Of a stretch of DNA of 64,000 bases, positions 1 through 9,737 are shown piece by piece; the stretch's first letter is position 1, and each line of letters starts with the position of its first letter. The stretch lies in sequence record OL436245.1; one strand, written 5' to 3'. The translations under genes were made by a program, and so were the position numbers. The notes under the pieces are model-generated. The model had not been told where the DNA came from, made no database searches, and worked only from the letters and a program-made list of their open reading frames with translations. The DNA comes from Staphylococcus phage vB_SurM-PSU4.

Positions 1-1
1 A

Positions 2-334
2 TTAGTTAGACCAACTAAAGACAGTGATTCAAACAGAGAAATTATATCTTACGGAAACAAATCATGGACAGTGATTGGTGAGGGAGAAGCTATAGCAGAA
101 GGAGCTAAATGGGTGTACTTTGAAAGTAAAGTAGTCGGAGACGAACTACCAACAGGTACACATAGACAAGCAGGAATTGCAATTGATGTAGAGCCTAAAA
201 CAGGTATCGGTAAACAGGCATTATTGCCTAGTGAGTTAAATTCACAAGGTACTTTAATGTTCTATGATAATAAACAATTCCAAAACAGAACTGAACAAGT
301 AACTACAACAGAGCGAATGGTTGTAGAATTTTAA
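2..334 (+). CDS. 3' fragment of a structural (tail/baseplate) gene; the reading frame stays open to the window edge
   Basis: No stop between position 2 and the TAA at 332-334 in this frame. The listed GTG at 71 is probably internal. It lies directly upstream of the large tail protein gene. Confidence 0.5.
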   Translation, partial: LVRPTKDSDSNREIISYGNKSWTVIGEGEAIAEGAKWVYFESKVVGDELPTGTHRQAGIAIDVEPKTGIGKQALLPSELNSQGTLMFYDNKQFQNRTEQVTTTERMVVEF

Positions 335-352
335 TAAAAGGAGAGAAAATGA

Positions 353-3300
353 ATGGCAGTTAATTTAAGGACTTCTCCTTATAATGATAGATTTGACCCT
401 AGAAAAGATAGGGTCAAGTTATTGTTTAATCCTGATAGACCATTACAACAAGCTGAATTAAATGAAATGCAATCTATCATAGAATATTACCAAAAGAATT
501 TTGGAGATTCAATCTTCAAAGACGGAGATATTCAATCAGGATTAAACTTTACATTAACACAAGATAATGTCCTAACCTTAAACCCAGGTTATGTATATAT
601 AGGAGGAAGAATTCGTTACTATGATGGTGATGATTCTATTCAATTATCAGGTGTAGGTAAAGAGACAATAGGATTGAAATTAACACAAACAATTATAACA
701 CCTGATGAAGATTCTAGTTTATTAGACCAAACAAATGGTGTACCTAGTTACTTCTCTAGAGGTGCTGATAGGCTCGAAGAAAAATTATCAATAGGACTTA
801 ATGACCCTACTTCAGCACCAATTCATGTTTTCCAAGATGGGAAATTATATATTCGTTCACTTAACCCTGAAGCCGAGAAGTTCCATACTATACTAGCTGA
901 AAGAACATATGACGAATCAGGTTCATATAAAGTAGAAGGATTTAATATATTCTCTGAGGAAAGACCAGAAGATAAAGGTAAAGATACTGTACCTGTAGTT
1001 ATTGATGCAGGTAAAGCTTATGTAGAAGGTTTTAAAGTAGATAAACCAACCTCAACTCGAATATCTGTACCAAAGTCTACAGCAACGAAAAAAGGTACAA
1101 ATGAATCTACAGTATTTAATAAATCTGACAATAAAATCACTCTAGCAAATGCACCTGTTAAATCAGTAGATAGAGTATCTGGACAAGTATTAGTTACTAA
1201 AGAAGAAGTAGGTAGAGCAAGTGCAGGAGATAGTGCAGACTACCTCAAAAATAACACAGCTTTTGAAGTTGTAAAAGTATGGACAGAATCAAGCCCAGGT
1301 AATACACTTAAAGAATATAAACAAGGTCAAGATTATGTGTTAACCAATGGACAAGAAATTAATTGGTCTCCTCAAGGTCAAGAACCTCAAGGTGGTACAA
1401 GTTACTATGTATCATATAAATATACAAGAACTATGCGTGAAGGAACAGATTACAAAGTAGTCAATGTAAATGAAGGTGAAGGTGTATTAGAAAGAACATA
1501 CTTAGACTTCAATCTAAATGGTGTTAAACCAATTGACCAATCCGTTATTTTAGTAGACTATACTTACTACTTAGCACGTAAAGATGTTCTTATGTTAAAT
1601 AAATATGGGGATATTACTAGACTTGAAGGTGAACCTGATATTCTAAGAATGGCAGTTGCACCACAACAAACAGACCCATTAAACTTAAAATTAGGTATCG
1701 TAACTGTATTACCTAATTCAGATGAAGCTTATTGTGAAGAAGATTCTGTTAAACGTTTATCAATGTCTGAATTACAGAAACTTAAAACAAGACTAGAAAA
1801 CGTAGAATATAACCAAGCTGTTAATGCTTTAGACCAAGATGCAATGGAAGGGCAAGACCCTCTTACACTACGTTCTGTTTTCTCAGAAGGTTTTATTAGT
1901 CTTGATAAAGCAGACATCACTAATTCTAATTTTGGTGTATCCTTTAGTTTTGAAGATGCTGAGGCTACATTACAGTTTACTACAGCAGTTAATGAACCTA
2001 GTATTGACAAGAACAAAACAAATGCTCATATATGGGGAAGATTAGTTTCTGCTCCATTTACAGAAGAGAGGGCACTTTTCCAATCACAAGCAAGTGAAAC
2101 AATGAACGTTAACCCTTATAACATTCCAAATAAACAAGGGGTATTACGAATTACACCAAGTGAGGATAACTGGATTGATGAGGAACGTATTACAGTTACA
2201 GACCAAAAAACAAAAACAATGACCGTTAATCGTTGGTGGAGACACTTAGATGACCCTAACAGGTTCGGTTCTAATGAACAAGCAGCATTTAATAATATTA
2301 AATTAGATGCAGGGCAATCATGGGGTAACCAAGGACGAACAGCAGGTGCTGCTTACAGATATGATACTAAATATGGTCGTACTGGTACAATGCTTGAAGC
2401 AGGTGGAACTAGAACACTAGAAGAAGCTATTGAGTTTATTCGTGTAAGAGATATTAATTTTACAGTTACAGGCTTACATCCTAATGCTGATAACTTATAC
2501 GTACTGTTCGATGGAATTCGTTGTCCTATTGTTCCACATACAGATAGAGGGTTCACAAAAGGTTCTGAATCTGGTACAATTAGAACAAATGCTAAAGGAA
2601 GAGCTGAAGGTCACTTTACAATTCCAGCAGGTGTACGTTGTGGTACGAGAGAGGTTACAATAAGAAACGAGGAATCTGTAGCTTCTACTTCATATTCAGC
2701 ACATGGACGTAAGAAAACAGTACAAGATGTTATTATTCGTACACGAGTTACAATTAACTTAGTAGACCCACTAGCACAATCATTCCAATTCTTAGATAAT
2801 AGAACGATAAGTTCTCTAGGATTATACTTTGCTAGTAAAGGGGATAAGAATTCTAACGTAACAATTCAAATTCGTGAAATGGGAGACCAAGGTTTCCCAA
2901 CAAAAGTAATTTGTGCTGAAACAGTATTAAATGCTGACGACATTAAAATCTCTAATGATGCAAGTGCAGAAACAAGAGTTTACTTTGATGACCCAATGAT
3001 GGCTCAAGCAGGTAAAGAGTATGCAATTGTAGTTATTACAGAGAATGATGATTATACTATGTGGATAGGGACAAGAACACAACCGAAAATAGATAAACCT
3101 AAAGAAACAATATCTGGTAACCCTTATTTAGAAGGTGTACTATTCAGTTCATCCAACGCAAGTACATGGTCTGTTCACCAAAACTCTGATATGAAATTTG
3201 GCGTATATACTTCTAGATATGAAGAAAACGGTACTATAGAATTTGACCCTATTGAGAATGTAGAAGCAGATAGAGTAGTGCTTATGTCTTCTTATCTAAC

Positions 3301-3850
3301 TCCAGAAAATACAGGTTGTTTCTGGGAAGCTAAGATTATTTTTGAAGACATGGATGAAGGTGTAACGTTCGATATGCTTACTTGGCAACCAATTGGTAAC
3401 TATCAAGATATTGACTTAGGGGCAAAAGCTAGACAGATTAAACTTAGAGCTACATTTAAATCTAATAGATATATTTCCCCATTACTAAGCTCAAGTGACT
3501 TAACATTTACTACATTCTTAACTGAATTAACAGGTAGTTATGTAGGTAGAGCAATCGACATGTCAGAAGCACCATACAACACTATTAGAATAAGTTATGA
3601 AGCTTTCTTACCACAAGGAACAAAAGTAACACCTAAATATTCTACAGATAATGGTTCTACATGGAAAACGTTCACTGAGACACCAGATGTTAGAAGAGCA
3701 AACACAGAATTCTATAGATATGTTATAGAAGAAAAAGTTAAATCTAGTGGAACATATGATAACTTTAAAGTTCGTTTAGATTTAGAAACACAAAATAGCT
3801 TCTTAAGACCAAGAATTAGAAGACTTATGTGTACGATGAGAGAAGAATAA
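353..3850 (+). CDS. Large tail/baseplate structural protein (adsorption-associated tail protein-like, 1165 aa)
   Basis: 3.5-kb ORF with RBS AAAGGAGAGAAAATG. Its size and its position just upstream of the RBP pair match the ~1150-aa adsorption-associated tail protein of Twort-like Staphylococcus phages. Beta-rich, Gly/Thr/Asn-rich composition. Confidence 0.8.
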   Translation: MAVNLRTSPYNDRFDPRKDRVKLLFNPDRPLQQAELNEMQSIIEYYQKNFGDSIFKDGDIQSGLNFTLTQDNVLTLNPGYVYIGGRIRYYDGDDSIQLSGVGKETIGLKLTQTIITPDEDSSLLDQTNGVPSYFSRGADRLEEKLSIGLNDPTSAPIHVFQDGKLYIRSLNPEAEKFHTILAERTYDESGSYKVEGFNIFSEERPEDKGKDTVPVVIDAGKAYVEGFKVDKPTSTRISVPKSTATKKGTNESTVFNKSDNKITLANAPVKSVDRVSGQVLVTKEEVGRASAGDSADYLKNNTAFEVVKVWTESSPGNTLKEYKQGQDYVLTNGQEINWSPQGQEPQGGTSYYVSYKYTRTMREGTDYKVVNVNEGEGVLERTYLDFNLNGVKPIDQSVILVDYTYYLARKDVLMLNKYGDITRLEGEPDILRMAVAPQQTDPLNLKLGIVTVLPNSDEAYCEEDSVKRLSMSELQKLKTRLENVEYNQAVNALDQDAMEGQDPLTLRSVFSEGFISLDKADITNSNFGVSFSFEDAEATLQFTTAVNEPSIDKNKTNAHIWGRLVSAPFTEERALFQSQASETMNVNPYNIPNKQGVLRITPSEDNWIDEERITVTDQKTKTMTVNRWWRHLDDPNRFGSNEQAAFNNIKLDAGQSWGNQGRTAGAAYRYDTKYGRTGTMLEAGGTRTLEEAIEFIRVRDINFTVTGLHPNADNLYVLFDGIRCPIVPHTDRGFTKGSESGTIRTNAKGRAEGHFTIPAGVRCGTREVTIRNEESVASTSYSAHGRKKTVQDVIIRTRVTINLVDPLAQSFQFLDNRTISSLGLYFASKGDKNSNVTIQIREMGDQGFPTKVICAETVLNADDIKISNDASAETRVYFDDPMMAQAGKEYAIVVITENDDYTMWIGTRTQPKIDKPKETISGNPYLEGVLFSSSNASTWSVHQNSDMKFGVYTSRYEENGTIEFDPIENVEADRVVLMSSYLTPENTGCFWEAKIIFEDMDEGVTFDMLTWQPIGNYQDIDLGAKARQIKLRATFKSNRYISPLLSSSDLTFTTFLTELTGSYVGRAIDMSEAPYNTIRISYEAFLPQGTKVTPKYSTDNGSTWKTFTETPDVRRANTEFYRYVIEEKVKSSGTYDNFKVRLDLETQNSFLRPRIRRLMCTMREE

Positions 3851-3855
3851 TAAAA

Positions 3856-3882
3856 GGGCTATCAAGCCCTTTTTCTTACATA
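3856..3882 (+). terminator. Rho-independent terminator
   Basis: Hairpin AAGGGCT-ATCA-AGCCCTT followed by TTTTTC, immediately after the stop at 3850. Confidence 0.6.
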
Positions 3883-3908
3883 CAAAAAATACTTAAGAGG
3901 TGAAAGAA

Positions 3909-4079
3909 ATGCCTACAGAAAAAAGAGATTATTATTCAGGTGCATTATTATTTGTACCTACACGAGAAGAAAGAACAACAAAAAAGCTTAAAGAAGATTT
4001 GAGAAGTGAACTAGACGAAGTTAAAAAAATAAAAGAAGAATATATGAAAGAATTAAACAAATTGAGAGAAGGTAAATAG
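3909..4079 (+). CDS. Small hypothetical protein (56 aa, charged, coiled-coil-like)
   Basis: ATG at 3909 preceded by AAGAGGTGAAAGAA. In-frame stop TAG at 4077-4079. Absent from the ORF track only because it is under 60 aa. Confidence 0.4.
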   Translation: MPTEKRDYYSGALLFVPTREERTTKKLKEDLRSELDEVKKIKEEYMKELNKLREGK

Positions 4080-4082
4080 AAT

Positions 4083-6065
4083 ATGGCATTTGAATTTAAT
4101 AGCTTAACTGAAAAGCAATATTTATCTGATATGACTAAGGAAGTAAATAAGGTAGGAGAATACCTAAAGAATGAACTAACTAAAGAAGATGTAGAGACCG
4201 TAGATTCTCCTGACTTTGAAGATATTTTAAAATATATAAATGTAACAGGAAATTATTATGTAACAACCTCTAAAAACCAACCTAAAGATTCAAATTGGAA
4301 TGGTTTTGTTTTCTTTGAAAAGAGAAATAATAACTCCTACAAAATATATTTTAATCCTTATAATAATGAAAACTTATATTTAAGAACCTACCGTAATGGA
4401 GTACTATCTGATTGGAAAAAGTTTGTATTGGACGAAGAAACAAATAATTGGCAAAAATATAAATTTACCAATGAACAAGGTCAATATACTACACAAGAAG
4501 ATATAGATATTAGAGAATTAAATAATAGTAAAACAATATATGTTAAGAACTTAGTAGACCCTCCAAAACCTGAAATGAATGAAGGATGGTTAGAGACAAA
4601 AGTTCATGAGAATGGTAATACAAGTATCACAACATTCAATCCTGTTAATTCTACTACAACATATACAAAAATGCAAAAAAGAGCTAGGGAAGTACAAAAC
4701 CCTAACTTAATTAAAGATGCTTTATTTACAAAAATACCTCAGAGGTACACAGAAGAAACAGTAGATAAAGCTTGGAGCTCTCAAATAATTGGTGTATCAA
4801 GAGGCATAGATTTTGATACAGGAGTTAAATTTCAAGGTCAAAAAACAGTAGGTATTTCGGATACTACTTCATATAATCATCCATTAATAAGAAGTAATTA
4901 TTTAGAAGTAGGTAAAGATGTTAAAGTGGGAGACGAAATTACGTTCTCTTCTTACGTTATGGTTGATAATGTAGATGCTATGAAAGATAACTGGGTTTAT
5001 ATACAAATTGCTAAATATGATAGTATAAATTCAGACATAAATAATCAAATAGGTAGTGCTACAACGGTTAATGGAACTAATGCTATAGAAATAATTAAAC
5101 CAGGTGAGTGGGTAAGAATAACCAATACACAAACAGTTCCTTCAGGAGTTAAGTACATTACAGGTAACTTAAGAGGGAATTTAACTAGAACAGCCCCATC
5201 AAACAGTTGGACAGCTTATTTCGCACTACCTAAATTGGAAAAGGGAGATAAAGTTACCCCATTTATTACACATGTAGATGATAAGAAACAATTTGATGAA
5301 ATCTATACAAATTGGTTAGAAAACCCTGATGAACAATCTATATTAAATAACTACCCAACAGATATTAACAATGATAACTATTTCAAATATACGTTTTGGA
5401 AGAACGAAGTAGGAAATATGACTTTACAAGATTTAATACAAACACTACCTCAAGGTTTCCATACTTTTTACGCTCAAGGTGGTATAGAAGGGACTCCAAA
5501 AGGTAATTCTGTAAGAGGGACAGTTCAAGTAGATAATGATAATGGAGATACAAAATCAGGTCGTAAGTTTATTAATGCACAATTTACAGATTACGATGGG
5601 TTAAACTATAATTTGTATTACGATGATAATAGATTCAGTGAAGCAGACAGTCAAGAAGGGTGGTCTCCTTTAAGAAAGACAGAACAAGCAACATACTTGT
5701 GGGATGGTACCCTAGACTTAGGAGAAATAGGAGCTAAAGTTAAATTATCTGATAGTATACACAATTATGAGTTTTTAGATGTAACTTATTATACAAATGC
5801 AGCAGGGCATCTTGCTACTAGAAGAGTTAGAGTTTCTCCTGATTTCTCTGAATACTATTATATAAGAGACTTTAACTTAAGTAATAGTTCTACAGGAACA
5901 GGATTCGGTGCTTTCGAGGGCTATTTTATTGTATCTAATGATAATCCTATAGAGGCTGTATCTGGAATGTCTAAAAATTTAAGTGTTACAGATAAAAAAG
6001 TAAATAGATTTAATGAAAAAGGTGATATATCAATAAAACGTATAACAGGAATTAATACATTGTAG
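4083..6065 (+). CDS. Receptor-binding protein 1 / tail fibre (660 aa)
   Basis: Its N-terminus (MAFEFNSLTEKQYL...) is paralogous to that of the 466-aa ORF at 6493 (MAVEFNRITETDTFL...). The arrangement of a long RBP, a small gene and a shorter RBP matches the Kayvirus RBP locus. Confidence 0.75.
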   Translation: MAFEFNSLTEKQYLSDMTKEVNKVGEYLKNELTKEDVETVDSPDFEDILKYINVTGNYYVTTSKNQPKDSNWNGFVFFEKRNNNSYKIYFNPYNNENLYLRTYRNGVLSDWKKFVLDEETNNWQKYKFTNEQGQYTTQEDIDIRELNNSKTIYVKNLVDPPKPEMNEGWLETKVHENGNTSITTFNPVNSTTTYTKMQKRAREVQNPNLIKDALFTKIPQRYTEETVDKAWSSQIIGVSRGIDFDTGVKFQGQKTVGISDTTSYNHPLIRSNYLEVGKDVKVGDEITFSSYVMVDNVDAMKDNWVYIQIAKYDSINSDINNQIGSATTVNGTNAIEIIKPGEWVRITNTQTVPSGVKYITGNLRGNLTRTAPSNSWTAYFALPKLEKGDKVTPFITHVDDKKQFDEIYTNWLENPDEQSILNNYPTDINNDNYFKYTFWKNEVGNMTLQDLIQTLPQGFHTFYAQGGIEGTPKGNSVRGTVQVDNDNGDTKSGRKFINAQFTDYDGLNYNLYYDDNRFSEADSQEGWSPLRKTEQATYLWDGTLDLGEIGAKVKLSDSIHNYEFLDVTYYTNAAGHLATRRVRVSPDFSEYYYIRDFNLSNSSTGTGFGAFEGYFIVSNDNPIEAVSGMSKNLSVTDKKVNRFNEKGDISIKRITGINTL

Positions 6066-6079
6066 AAAAGGAGAGATTT

Positions 6080-6493
6080 ATGATGACTAAAACAATTGAA
6101 CCTAGTTTTAGAAATGTAGACTATAGAAATAATGATAATATAACCTTAAACGTTGATACTGAAACAGGGATTATTACAGGGTATACAACATTCGGAGGTA
6201 TAACAGGAGAAGATGACCCTAGAAGTTTTTACTTTGAAAATGCAAGCCTACTTTTACCCGATAATTTCTTTAAAGACTATGATACAGATAGGTTTGTTTT
6301 ACTTACAGAACCTTACGAGGTTAGAGAAAATACCGAATATGGGGAAATTGTAAAACGTAGAGAAGAAGAACAACGTAAAAGAGAAGAACAACAACAACAA
6401 GTTGAAACAGTATCTAGAGAAGAATATGATAAATTAGCTAAAGAATTAGAAGAACTTAAAAAATTAATATTAGGTAAGGGAGAATCTAAATAA
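6080..6493 (+). CDS. Small protein between the two RBPs (137 aa), with a C-terminal Glu/Arg/Gln-rich coiled coil; possible fibre assembly or chaperone role
   Basis: RBS AAAGGAGAGATTTATG. C-terminal sequence REEEQRKREEQQQQ. Its position mirrors the small ORF between the RBPs of Twort-like phages. Confidence 0.65.
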   Translation: MMTKTIEPSFRNVDYRNNDNITLNVDTETGIITGYTTFGGITGEDDPRSFYFENASLLLPDNFFKDYDTDRFVLLTEPYEVRENTEYGEIVKRREEEQRKREEQQQQVETVSREEYDKLAKELEELKKLILGKGESK

Positions 6494-7893
6494 TGGCTGT
6501 AGAATTTAACAGAATAACAGAAACTGATACCTTCCTTAAATACACAGAAGAACTTAATAAAATAGGTGGGGAGTTGTCTAAATCAGGCAATATCTTCACC
6601 CAAGTTAATGACTTAAAATCTTCTTTAGGAAACTCACAAAGATACAAACTAACAACAGATACAGGATTAGCTTTAAGCAAGACAATAAGATACTTGTCAG
6701 ACTTAACTCAAGCAGGTACTTATTATGTGACAGCATCTGTATTAGCAACATTACCAGATAAACCTAAATCTCTAATTACAAGTGATTCTATTATAGAAAT
6801 AAAACCTACAAGAAGAGAAGCTGAAGTTATTCAGCAAATCACAACATTAGGTAAAAACTTAGAAGATGGTAAAGTTGTTTATAGGTTTATTACACAAGAA
6901 GGTAACTCAGAGTGGGTATACTTTAATGCGTTATCTAATAATAGATATTTTAGTAAGTCTTTAGACTTATCAAATACAGCTGAACCTGGTACTTATTTCT
7001 TAACAAATAATAGTACTGGTTTACCTGAAGAAATTAAAAATCCTGAAGGTGTTGTTAAAATATTTGTAGATAACAATAATAATAAATACTATGAATATTA
7101 TAATAATGAATTAGGAATGTTCTATACAGGGTATAAAACTTCATCTCAATCATCAATAGGTTGGAAGACAAATAAAACAGATGCAAGTGAAATACAGAAC
7201 CTCTTATTAGGGGATGTAGGTGTTACAGAGACAGGTAAAGAGTATTCAAACTTTGGTCTATTTGTTTATAAGTCAGATAATATTGATTGGGAAACAGCAG
7301 TATTAAATAAGTTAAAAACAGGTAAAACAATGTTTACCTTCTATTGTCAAGGTGGTGTAGATAAATCACCTGCTGGTAAGTATAGTAGCCGAGGAATGGT
7401 AATTTCTGATACACCAGAAGGTGGTTACGGTATTTATTACGCAATTACCAATGGTGGGAGATTATTTACAGGAGCTATAAGTAGTTCCACTTTCACCCCT
7501 CCAAATACTACACCAAGTGGAAATGTCCTATGGCAAGGTGCTTTAAACTTTAAAACAGTTAATAAAACTCAAAAAATGAGAGACACAATTAATAATTATG
7601 AATATGTTGAAGTATATACTAAAATGAGAACCTTTAAAGAAACTAAAGGAAAAGACCTTATTCAAAATATAGCACATAAATTCTATAGAGATGGAGAAAC
7701 TTATTTTGTATGTACAGGCTCTATACTAGGTGGAGAGTTTGATGGAAGTAAAAATGTTCCTTCTCAAGATGTATACAGAGTAAGTTTAGAGTTTAAAGGA
7801 GATACCTTCCAACTTAAAGATAGTGCAATAAATAGTGATAAAACTCAATATGTAACCAGAATCATTGGTTATAATATGATAGATGCCTTTTAA
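6493..7893 (+). CDS. Receptor-binding protein 2 (466 aa)
   Basis: The ATG overlaps the upstream stop (TAATGG). N-terminal paralogy to RBP1. Thr/Gly/Asn-rich beta-type C-terminus. Confidence 0.75.
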   Translation: MAVEFNRITETDTFLKYTEELNKIGGELSKSGNIFTQVNDLKSSLGNSQRYKLTTDTGLALSKTIRYLSDLTQAGTYYVTASVLATLPDKPKSLITSDSIIEIKPTRREAEVIQQITTLGKNLEDGKVVYRFITQEGNSEWVYFNALSNNRYFSKSLDLSNTAEPGTYFLTNNSTGLPEEIKNPEGVVKIFVDNNNNKYYEYYNNELGMFYTGYKTSSQSSIGWKTNKTDASEIQNLLLGDVGVTETGKEYSNFGLFVYKSDNIDWETAVLNKLKTGKTMFTFYCQGGVDKSPAGKYSSRGMVISDTPEGGYGIYYAITNGGRLFTGAISSSTFTPPNTTPSGNVLWQGALNFKTVNKTQKMRDTINNYEYVEVYTKMRTFKETKGKDLIQNIAHKFYRDGETYFVCTGSILGGEFDGSKNVPSQDVYRVSLEFKGDTFQLKDSAINSDKTQYVTRIIGYNMIDAF

Positions 7894-7911
7894 TAAAGGG
7901 CATCTTTTTTT
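7881..7911 (+). terminator. Terminator overlapping the 3' end of RBP2
   Basis: AGATGCC...GGCATCT stem followed by a T7 run. Confidence 0.55.
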
Positions 7912-7938
7912 GACTTAATTTAACTTATATGGTATAAT
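7910..7938 (+). promoter_or_regulatory. Sigma-A-like promoter (TTGACT, 17-bp spacer, TATAAT)
   Basis: TTGACT at 7910-7915 and TATAAT at 7933-7938, upstream of the helicase gene. Confidence 0.6.
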
Positions 7939-7975
7939 AAATACATGGTGGGTATGAATATTGAAAGGAGAACAA

Positions 7976-9721
7976 ATGAAATTATATTTGCAAAATATTT
8001 ATACTTACGTGGAATTTGGTGGTAACGAAGAAACGTTAAGGGAGGTTTTTAGGAAGAGGGTGCATACACATATAGGTGTAAGAGCACAAGGTTATCAATT
8101 TGTTAAAGCATTTAAACTTAAGAAATGGGATGGATATACAGACTTCTATGAATTCGATAAAGATAGATTTCCTAGTGGGCTTTTAGAACAAGTAAAAGAA
8201 TTATTATACGATTTACAGAATAGGTATACATTCCAATTTGATGTTGTAGATGAAAGAAGTGAAGCTTTCTTAGAACCAGAAGATATAACTAAAGAAATAA
8301 AGTTATTAGATAACAAGATAGGAACAATTACGCTAAGAGATTATCAACAAGAAGCTGTAGAGGAATCTCTAGTTAAGTATGATGGGCTTGTAAATATAGC
8401 GACTAATGGTGGAAAAACAGAAATCGCTAGTGGTATTATACAAGAACTTCTACCTTACTTAGAAAAAGGAGAAACGATTGCTTTCTTCACACATAGTAAA
8501 GAGATATTCCATCAAACAGCAGATAGAATGAAAGAGAGACTAAACATTCCTATAGGTAAAATAGGTGCAGGTTCATTTGATATAAAACAAGTAAACGTGG
8601 TAATGATACCTACAGTTAATGCAAACCTTAAAGACCCTAGCGAGGGTGTAACTTTAACTCAGAAACAAATGATATATAAGAAAGTTTCTTTACATGTATT
8701 ACCTAAACTATCTACAACACCTAACAAAAGAACAATGTTATTCTTAATGTTAGAACAAATGAAAGTTAAAACAAAAGCAGACCAAGCATTTAAAGAAGAA
8801 CTAACTAAAATATATCAAGAACATAAATCAGATTCAGAATTAATGATGAAATTAAATACGTATAATGTTAAGTATCAAGAAATCCTTAGAAAGAAAAATG
8901 AAAAGAAGTATGATAAGTACTACAAGATGAAAGACTTCTTACAGAGTATTGTATGTTTCATTGGTGATGAATTCCATCATGCTAAATCTGATACTTGGTA
9001 TACAAGTTTATTACAATGTGAAAATGCTTTATACAAAATAGGACTAACAGGTTCTATTGACCACAGTGACCCTCTAACAGTACAGAGATTAAAAGCGATA
9101 TGTGGAGAAATACTTATTAAAGTATCTAATGATTATCTAATAGAAAGAGGAATATCAGCTAGACCAACAATCAATTCAATACCTATAGCTAACCCAACTG
9201 ACTTAGAGGAAGAAAATCAATACCAAGTAGCATATGATAAAGGTATTGTGAATAATGAATTTAGAAATACATTAGTTGCAAAAATAACAGAAAAGTGTTA
9301 TCATGATAATAAAGGTATTTTAATTATTGTTAATTTCTTACAACATGGTAATAATATATCGGAATTACTAGAAAGTTATGATATTCCTCATGAATTTATT
9401 TACGGTGATTTAGAAACAGATAAACGTAAACAGTATTTATCTGATATGAAGTCAGGTAAACTTAAAGTTCTTATTGCTACTTCACTTATAGATGAAGGTG
9501 TGGATATTTCTGGAATTAATACTTTAATTATTGCAGCAGGAGGAAAATCCTTAAGACAGGTATTACAAAGAATAGGTCGTGCTTTAAGACGTAAAGAAGA
9601 AGACAATACAACACAAATATATGACTTTATAGATATGACTAATAAATTCCTCTATAAACATTATTTAGAGAGAAGAAGTATTTATGATAACGAAAACTTT
9701 GAAGTAAGAGAAATAAAATAG
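7976..9721 (+). CDS. SF2 DNA helicase (DExH)
   Basis: Motif I TNGGKTE, motif II DEFHH, motif VI QRIGRALRR. ATG at 7976 follows AAAGGAG; the track's TTG start at 7961 is less likely. Confidence 0.85.
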   Translation: MKLYLQNIYTYVEFGGNEETLREVFRKRVHTHIGVRAQGYQFVKAFKLKKWDGYTDFYEFDKDRFPSGLLEQVKELLYDLQNRYTFQFDVVDERSEAFLEPEDITKEIKLLDNKIGTITLRDYQQEAVEESLVKYDGLVNIATNGGKTEIASGIIQELLPYLEKGETIAFFTHSKEIFHQTADRMKERLNIPIGKIGAGSFDIKQVNVVMIPTVNANLKDPSEGVTLTQKQMIYKKVSLHVLPKLSTTPNKRTMLFLMLEQMKVKTKADQAFKEELTKIYQEHKSDSELMMKLNTYNVKYQEILRKKNEKKYDKYYKMKDFLQSIVCFIGDEFHHAKSDTWYTSLLQCENALYKIGLTGSIDHSDPLTVQRLKAICGEILIKVSNDYLIERGISARPTINSIPIANPTDLEEENQYQVAYDKGIVNNEFRNTLVAKITEKCYHDNKGILIIVNFLQHGNNISELLESYDIPHEFIYGDLETDKRKQYLSDMKSGKLKVLIATSLIDEGVDISGINTLIIAAGGKSLRQVLQRIGRALRRKEEDNTTQIYDFIDMTNKFLYKHYLERRSIYDNENFEVREIK

Positions 9722-9737
9722 AAAGTGGTGGGTTAAT

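Noticed and set aside
1729-2016. All minus-strand ORFs in the track (for example 1729-2016, 9915-10235, 13094-13441, 25559-26005, 39052-39447, 58850-59197, 63018-63386)
   Set aside because: Every one lies wholly inside a longer, motif-supported or RBS-supported plus-strand gene. They have AT-rich, low-complexity Leu/Ser/Phe-rich translations typical of antisense frames. No minus-strand promoter or RBS signals are present. The genome is uniformly transcribed on the plus strand here.
1839-2045. Small plus-strand ORF inside the 1165-aa tail protein gene in another frame
   Set aside because: It is fully embedded in a well-supported long ORF. It has no RBS and a low-complexity product.
7961-7975. 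TTG start at 7961 for the helicase, and other extended track starts (13427, 23507, 29939, 31491, 39777, 42163, 42608, 44980, 45485, 46693, 49438, 54266, 54527, 58610, 61661)
   Set aside because: In each case an internal ATG a few codons downstream is properly spaced from a GGAGG-like RBS. The upstream extension overlaps the preceding gene or a promoter.
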